Source: Phycisphaerales bacterium (lineage in GTDB: Bacteria > Planctomycetota > Phycisphaerae > WQYP01). From it: DNA of 35,009 nucleotides. Positions 29,899 through 35,009 of this stretch are shown piece by piece. Numbering within the stretch: position 1 is the first letter of the stretch; each line of letters opens with the position of its first letter. The notes beneath the pieces were generated by a model that was not told where the DNA came from, searched no databases, and worked only from the letters and a program-made list of their open reading frames with translations. A program made the position numbers and the translations under genes. The stretch spans positions 1 to 35,009 of the forward strand of contig DAIDJN010000003.1 of the NCBI GenBank assembly GCA_027451365.1, in the 5' to 3' direction.

Positions 29899-31335
29899 AT
29901 GAGTTCCTGCTGTAATAACCGCAACTGCGATTCCGCTGGAAAATTGATTATCCTCGGTGGTGGATCGGCGGCCTTTTCAGCGGCGACGCGCGCAGTTGAA
30001 CTTGGTGCCGAAAAGGTCACCATTATCAATAACGGCTTGCCGACCGGTGGAACGTGTGTAAATGTCGGCTGCGTGCCGTCCAAAACCTTGATACGTGCGG
30101 CCGAATCGCTGCATCGCGCCACGCATAATCCGTTTTTCGGCATTAAAACAAATGGACGCCTGACGAATTTTTCCGCCGTTATTGAACAGAAACATCAACT
30201 GGTTGCCGAGTTGCGGCAAGCCAAATATGTGGATGTGATCCGTGACTTGCCGCGGGTCCAATTGATTAAGGGGCACGCCAGACTCCTTGATGCGCATAAC
30301 GTTGAGATCGGGACGATGCGATTAACCGCAGATCATGTCCTGGTTACCACCGGAGCCACCGCCGCGATTCCGGAAATTCCGGGGCTGTCTGAAGCGGGCT
30401 ATCTGACCAATGAATCGGCGTTTGAATTGGAAACACTGCCGGAATCAATAATTGTACTAGGCGGGCGTTACATCGCGCTGGAATGCGCGCAGATGTTTGC
30501 GAGATTGGGAAGTCGGGTCACGGTGATTCAAAGATCAGAGCGTATTTTGCCCGCAGAATCAGCGGATATCACCAATGCACTGACGGGCTATCTCACTGCA
30601 GAGGGCTTGGCAATTTTCACGGGTGTGGCGGTGCAGCAGGTGCGCCGTGTAAAGAAAGGCGTGGTGGTAGAGGCCAAAATCAATGGAGAAAAGCGGGAAT
30701 TTACGGCGGCACAGATTCTTGTGGCCGCAGGACGTAGACCGAATACGCAGAATATGGGATTGGAACAGGCCGGCGTGTTGTTGAATGGAAACGGATTTAT
30801 TCGCGTGAGCCCAACGCTGAAAACGTCACTTGAAGGTGTATGGGCGGCGGGAGATGTCTTGGGGCGGAACATGTTTGTATACGCGGCGGCATACGAAGGG
30901 GCGCTGGCGGTTGAAAATATGCTAACCAAAGCGGATCGGGCGGCAGATTACACCGCGTTGCCGTGGGTGATTTTTACCGATCCACAGGTCGCAGGCGTAG
31001 GTCTGGATGAGCGGCAAGCTGTTGCAGCAGGCCATGAAGCCGAAGTTGCAATATTGCCTTTAAGCCATGTCCCGCGCGCTATCGCCGCCCGCGACACCCG
31101 CGGTCTAATTAAACTGATCCGCGATAAGAAAACAGATTTGTTGCTCGGTGCTCGTATTCTGGCACCGGAGGGCGCGGAATTGCTGATGGAATTGGCCCTG
31201 GCGATCAAATTCGGCATTACGGTTACGCAGCTTCGTAACAGCTTCCACGCGTATTTGACGCTGGGCGAAGGAATTAAACTGGCGGCGATTACTTTTGGCA
31301 AGGATGTGTCCCAACTAAGTTGCTGTGCCACGTAA
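29899..31335 (+). CDS. merA: Mercuric reductase without an NmerA domain
   Basis: GGGSAAFSAA, GGTCVNVGCVPSK, FVYAAA, FHAYLT and C-terminal SCCA; GGAG RBS before ATG 29899. Confidence 0.95.
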   Translation: MSSCCNNRNCDSAGKLIILGGGSAAFSAATRAVELGAEKVTIINNGLPTGGTCVNVGCVPSKTLIRAAESLHRATHNPFFGIKTNGRLTNFSAVIEQKHQLVAELRQAKYVDVIRDLPRVQLIKGHARLLDAHNVEIGTMRLTADHVLVTTGATAAIPEIPGLSEAGYLTNESAFELETLPESIIVLGGRYIALECAQMFARLGSRVTVIQRSERILPAESADITNALTGYLTAEGLAIFTGVAVQQVRRVKKGVVVEAKINGEKREFTAAQILVAAGRRPNTQNMGLEQAGVLLNGNGFIRVSPTLKTSLEGVWAAGDVLGRNMFVYAAAYEGALAVENMLTKADRAADYTALPWVIFTDPQVAGVGLDERQAVAAGHEAEVAILPLSHVPRAIAARDTRGLIKLIRDKKTDLLLGARILAPEGAELLMELALAIKFGITVTQLRNSFHAYLTLGEGIKLAAITFGKDVSQLSCCAT

Positions 31336-31361
31336 AAAGTTTTATTACAAAGAGGTGCATC

Positions 31362-32111
31362 ATGGGTACACAGAATCAATCTCCACATGGCGGCGAAAAT
31401 TGCTGCACGCCGAAGACCGCATTGCCCGGCACGAATCCATATCAGAACACGCCGAAAACATGGTCCGCCGGGGCGATTGCCATTGTGGCGGCCATCATGG
31501 CGTCCGCCTGCTGCTGGTTGCCATTGGCACTTTTGGGTCTTGGCGTATCGGCGGCGGGCCTATCCAAGTTTATTGTTGGCGCACGCTGGGTATTTGTTGC
31601 AATTGCCGCAGCGGCCCTGGGTTTGGGATTTTATTTCATCTACGGTCGTAAGGCGGCTTGCGCCCGCGATGAAGTCTGTGCACCAAGCGGTCTGGCACGG
31701 TTCAACCGCGTGATGCTGTGGGCGTCCGCCGTTCTGGTGCTTGCCTTTGCAACATTTCCCTATTACAGCGCGCCGCTGCTTAAGGTAGTTAATAGTGGGA
31801 ACAAAAACATCAACACGACGTCCCCTGGTGCCGACTCATCCGCCGGTCAGGCCGGGACCGCCCTGGCGCGTCTTACGCTATACACGTATCAAATTAAGGG
31901 CATGGATTGCCAAGAATGCGCCAACGGTTTACAGGCGGCCATTGCCAAATTGCCCGGTGTGAAGCAAGCAACCGTTTCATACCATACAGGCAACGCGCAG
32001 GTACTGGCTAATAAGCATTTCGACCCGCGAACCGTGATAAAAGCCATAGGCGGCATAGGATACGAAACGAACCTGCGAACGGACAACGACCCAAAAGCGC
32101 TGGAAAAATAA
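31362..32111 (+). CDS. MerT-like mercury transporter fused to a C-terminal HMA (MerP-like) domain
   Basis: ASACCWLPL in TM1, cytoplasmic ACARDEVC, three TMs, then GMDCQECA HMA motif; GAGGT RBS. Confidence 0.9.
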   Translation: MGTQNQSPHGGENCCTPKTALPGTNPYQNTPKTWSAGAIAIVAAIMASACCWLPLALLGLGVSAAGLSKFIVGARWVFVAIAAAALGLGFYFIYGRKAACARDEVCAPSGLARFNRVMLWASAVLVLAFATFPYYSAPLLKVVNSGNKNINTTSPGADSSAGQAGTALARLTLYTYQIKGMDCQECANGLQAAIAKLPGVKQATVSYHTGNAQVLANKHFDPRTVIKAIGGIGYETNLRTDNDPKALEK

Positions 32112-32191
32112 ACCTCAGCGAACGACTTACCTAGACCATCCTGCCCCGTTTGGATAGAATTCGGACTGGAGGAACGGAACAAAGGAAAGCC

Positions 32192-32827
32192 ATGCCGGAT
32201 GCGCCATTAACTGACACTGGCCCGCAGCAGCCGCTGAGAGTTCTGCCGGACTCCCAGACTTGGGTGGATGAGTTCGGCGGCATTCTTTTTCGATACGCCA
32301 TGCTTCGAGTAGATGACCGCCAGATAGCGGAAGAACTTGTGCAGGAAACTTTTCTTGCCGCATTGAAGAGCCGTAACGGATTTCGGGGCACTTCCGCGCC
32401 ATCCACATGGTTTATCGCTATTCTGAAACATAAAATTCTGGACCATTTCCGCCAACAGGAGGACAAGCCTTCAGGAAGTCAACAATTGGAAAATGACCCA
32501 TTTGTCGATGGGCTGTTCACGTTTACACTGCATTATCGGGTAAAACCCTCCGCCGAACCGTCAGACCCCGCCCACGACGCCGAAAACATGGATTTCTGGC
32601 GCATTTTCCGCCGTTGTCTGGACAGTTTGCCGGAAAACCATCGGCGAGCGTTTATACGGGTAACGGTGGATGGCGTAAACTCCGGAGACGCCTGTAGGGA
32701 ACTTAACGTTTCGGCGACTAACCTTTCAGTGCTGTTGCATCGCGCGCGGTCCCGGCTGCGGCCCTGTCTGGAAAAGAATTGGCTGGGAACGGCCCGCCGC
32801 GGAAACGAAGATGGTAGACGGATATGA
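32192..32827 (+). CDS. ECF sigma factor (TIGR02943-like, resembling Neisseria SigE)
   Basis: AEELVQETFLAAL, TWFIAILKHKILD, CLDSLPE and LLHRARSRLRPCLE. Confidence 0.9.
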   Translation: MPDAPLTDTGPQQPLRVLPDSQTWVDEFGGILFRYAMLRVDDRQIAEELVQETFLAALKSRNGFRGTSAPSTWFIAILKHKILDHFRQQEDKPSGSQQLENDPFVDGLFTFTLHYRVKPSAEPSDPAHDAENMDFWRIFRRCLDSLPENHRRAFIRVTVDGVNSGDACRELNVSATNLSVLLHRARSRLRPCLEKNWLGTARRGNEDGRRI

Positions 32828-33093
32828 TTTCCTGTCGCAAAGCCGCCGAATTAATGTCTGGCGAACTGGACGGTCGCCTGTCCGGCTGGCAGCGCTTTGC
32901 GCTTAAAACGCACCTGCTGCTCTGCTCGGGCTGCGTCATTGCCCGCAAGCAGTTTCATTGGCTACAAAAAATGGCACATATTGCTGGAACGGAGCCTAAG
33001 GCGACTGAGCAACTATGTATGGATGAAAAGACCGACCTGCCACCAGAGGCCGCTGCACGAATAAAAGCAATGCTGGAGCAAGCCCCGAAGTAA
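32824..33093 (+). CDS. Small cytoplasmic zf-HC2 (ZAS) anti-sigma factor
   Basis: MISCRKAAELMS and HLLLCSGC (Hx3Cx2C); ATGA overlap with the sigma gene. Confidence 0.88.
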   Translation: MISCRKAAELMSGELDGRLSGWQRFALKTHLLLCSGCVIARKQFHWLQKMAHIAGTEPKATEQLCMDEKTDLPPEAAARIKAMLEQAPK

Positions 33094-33119
33094 TTGAGGC
33101 ACCGAAATCTGACAATTCT

Positions 33120-33683
33120 ATGAACAAAATTCTGTTTATTCTGCTTACGACCGGGGTTCTGCTGGCGGCCGCTGGCTGCGGCTGGTGGTGGTACACGCAT
33201 CATAATCGTCTGACTTGGACCTCGGTCAACGCCCTTATTCAGCGGCAGTTCCCGGAGGTAAAACAAATGACGGTCGGACAGCTCCGCCGCTGGCTCGACA
33301 ACCCGCACCAAAAGCAACCCATGCTTCTGGACGTGCGCGCGAACGTTGAATACCAGGTCAGCCATCTGCATCACGCCCGCTGGATTAACAGCAAGCAACC
33401 TGTTCCCCAAGCCATGGCCGGGGTATCCAGGCGGCAGCCGATTGTGGTGTATTGCTCAGTTGGCTATCGCTCGTCCGCTTATGTCCAGCGTCTTGTGAAA
33501 GACGGCTTTACGAACGTCACAGATTTACGTGGCTCCATTTTTCAATGGGCCAACGCGGGACTGCCGGTTTATCGCGACGGCACGATTGTACATCATGTCC
33601 ATCCATATGATGAACATTGGGGACAGTTGCTGAATCGATCTTTATGGGAATTCCGCCCGCCCGCCACCCGGCCGGCTGGCTGA
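33120..33683 (+). CDS. Membrane-anchored or exported rhodanese-domain protein
   Basis: N-terminal hydrophobic segment, LLDVR..EY.VSHL, active-site loop VYCSVGYRS and LRGSIFQWAN. Confidence 0.9.
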   Translation: MNKILFILLTTGVLLAAAGCGWWWYTHHNRLTWTSVNALIQRQFPEVKQMTVGQLRRWLDNPHQKQPMLLDVRANVEYQVSHLHHARWINSKQPVPQAMAGVSRRQPIVVYCSVGYRSSAYVQRLVKDGFTNVTDLRGSIFQWANAGLPVYRDGTIVHHVHPYDEHWGQLLNRSLWEFRPPATRPAG

Positions 33684-33724
33684 ACTGAACGGTGACCAGG
33701 GGACGGCGATTTACAGCATCTGGA

Positions 33725-34750
33725 CTATCGGCAAAACCAGCGCAATTCCGCCCAGTTCAAAAACCACACCCGCACTTTTTCCTGCCATTCCTCCGCTGTT
33801 TCCTGCGTAAATACCGGCGTCAGTGCCCGGGCGGTCGCAGCCCCAACCCTCATGCCACGCCCCAGATTTTCCAGAAGCCTGAACGCCGGCTCTTCCAGCC
33901 GTTTGAAAAACACGCTGTTTTCGTAACGGTGCACCACCAGGAAAACCGTCTGGGGTCTGGGCAGTGGCACGGGCTTTAATTCCGCCGCCACAATGCGTCG
34001 TTCGCCAGCGGCCTCTGTATGCATGGAGTCGCCGGATCGCAAAGCAACGGAATAGTCGTCCAGCGGAAAGCCCAATTGCAGGAGTGTCAAATGGGGCTGA
34101 AGTTTCAGGCGCAATTCGGCCGGATCGCCGGCCCTAAGGAAGTGCTCATCAATCACCGGATTGATGGGCGCGTCAAATGCGTGAATCTGGGCACATTCGA
34201 ATCGCACCATATCCAATGCCATCGGCTGAAGCCGGCCGGCCCACTCCGGATTATCCGCAAGGAATCGGGGAATATGCCTCCCCAACAGACCCAGGTTAAA
34301 GGACCGGGACTTATATTTCGCCAGATATGCCTGACTCATCGCTAAAAACTTTTTTTCTCCAAGGACATGCCGCAGACCGGGAAAATCGTCATACAGGCAA
34401 TCCAACAGCCGAAACCAGTACTGGCGGTTGTAAATTTCCAGACGCTCAAAACTCGTCAGCCGGTCATTCGGTTTGATGAATTGACCGGCAAGCCGGCGCA
34501 CTGGGCGGCCATCTTTCCAGATACGCTGCATCGTCATTGCACCGGTAAGCTTACGCGTGATCGCTTCGAGCATCAGCGACTGAAGTTCCCGCAGTTCAGC
34601 CCGTGTTCGCACCGAGGGTCGCGGCCCGGCGCCGCCGGCCGATTTGTATTTGACGGCCCCAGGGCCGCTATGGCCGGATTTGGCCGCCAACAATCTGGTG
34701 TTTTTCGTTTTTTTGGTTTGTGACAAAACGGTTCGCTTTAAGCGCTTCAT
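33725..34750 (-). CDS. DUF2063-like MNIO partner protein (NGO1945/HvfC/BufC-like)
   Basis: IKPNDRLTSFERLEIYNRQYWFRLLDCL.DDFPGL and RFECAQIHAFD; directly follows the DUF692 tail. Start uncertain; ATG 34750 has a GAGGTG RBS. Confidence 0.85.
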   Translation of the reverse strand: MKRLKRTVLSQTKKTKNTRLLAAKSGHSGPGAVKYKSAGGAGPRPSVRTRAELRELQSLMLEAITRKLTGAMTMQRIWKDGRPVRRLAGQFIKPNDRLTSFERLEIYNRQYWFRLLDCLYDDFPGLRHVLGEKKFLAMSQAYLAKYKSRSFNLGLLGRHIPRFLADNPEWAGRLQPMALDMVRFECAQIHAFDAPINPVIDEHFLRAGDPAELRLKLQPHLTLLQLGFPLDDYSVALRSGDSMHTEAAGERRIVAAELKPVPLPRPQTVFLVVHRYENSVFFKRLEEPAFRLLENLGRGMRVGAATARALTPVFTQETAEEWQEKVRVWFLNWAELRWFCR

Positions 34751-34841
34751 GGTGCACCTCTTCAAACGATGGAATATGGGCATCCCATTCCAGCAATGTG
34801 GATGTCGGCCCGCAACGATTTATGGCATGGGCGTAGAGTTT
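34668..34841 (-). pseudogene. C-terminal remnant of a DUF692/MNIO (multinuclear non-heme iron oxidative enzyme) gene
   Basis: KLYAHAINRCGPTSTLLEWDAHIPSFEEVHHEALKA matches the DUF692 C-terminus (TLLEWD..IP); similarity stops abruptly upstream of 34841. Confidence 0.8.
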
Positions 34842-35009
34842 GGGCCTGTGACAGTTTCTGTCCAGGGAATCGCTTGGTAAAATATGTGAAGACTGATCCA
34901 CAGGATGTGGTTCGGCAGTTGTGACTTTATTCAAGGAGGAACAAACATGTCAGCAGCGACCAGTCGTCAGGAAGCGTTGGAGAGGATAACCAAGACATTC
35001 CGCGATGCC
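34842..35009 (+). mobile_element. Left end of a putative IS, possibly ISKra4/IS256 (Mutator-like)
   Basis: Begins GGGCCTGTGACAG exactly at the DUF692 breakpoint; contains TGGTAAAAT extended -10, an AAGGAGG RBS and an ORF running off the window. Confidence 0.55.
34947..35009 (+). CDS. 5' start of an ORF in the putative IS (MSAATSRQEALERITKTFRDA...), partial
   Basis: Strong AAGGAGG RBS before ATG 34947; open to the end of the window. Confidence 0.55.
   Translation, partial: MSAATSRQEALERITKTFRDA

Noticed and set aside
34842..34934. N-terminus of the 88-aa minus-strand ORF as a real protein start
   Set aside because: It is fortuitous read-in from the inserted element and lacks the DUF692 motifs expected there.

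Overview
This looks like a chromosomal fragment from a planctomycete, probably Phycisphaerae-like (inferred from protein features only), with an insertion-sequence end at each edge. From left to right: (1) the 3' end of an IS66-type transposase; (2) a minus-strand S10-spc ribosomal protein cluster (rpsJ to rplO) with no rpmD, no secY after rplO and an 89-aa Zn-independent S14; (3) a minus-strand F1Fo ATP synthase operon (atpZ/I, atpI, B, E, F, H, A, G, D) that lacks atpC and has unusual substitutions in the subunit a proton channel; (4) housekeeping genes (DUF151 nuclease, glgP, dapF, a P-loop kinase, a hypothetical gene) and two SAM methyltransferases; (5) an accessory metal-stress region. 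That region contains merR, a MerR-type promoter (20-bp spacer, perfect 9-4-9 dyad), a hidden small Cys-rich ORF with a signal-peptide-like start and an in-frame TGA, a merA lacking NmerA, a MerT-HMA fusion, an ECF sigma/zf-HC2 anti-sigma pair and a membrane-anchored rhodanese. Converging on it are a DUF2063-like gene and the C-terminal stub of a DUF692/MNIO enzyme gene, cut at 34841/34842 by a putative IS. The best candidate for an undescribed system is this link between a mer module, an ECF relay and MNIO peptide-modification machinery.
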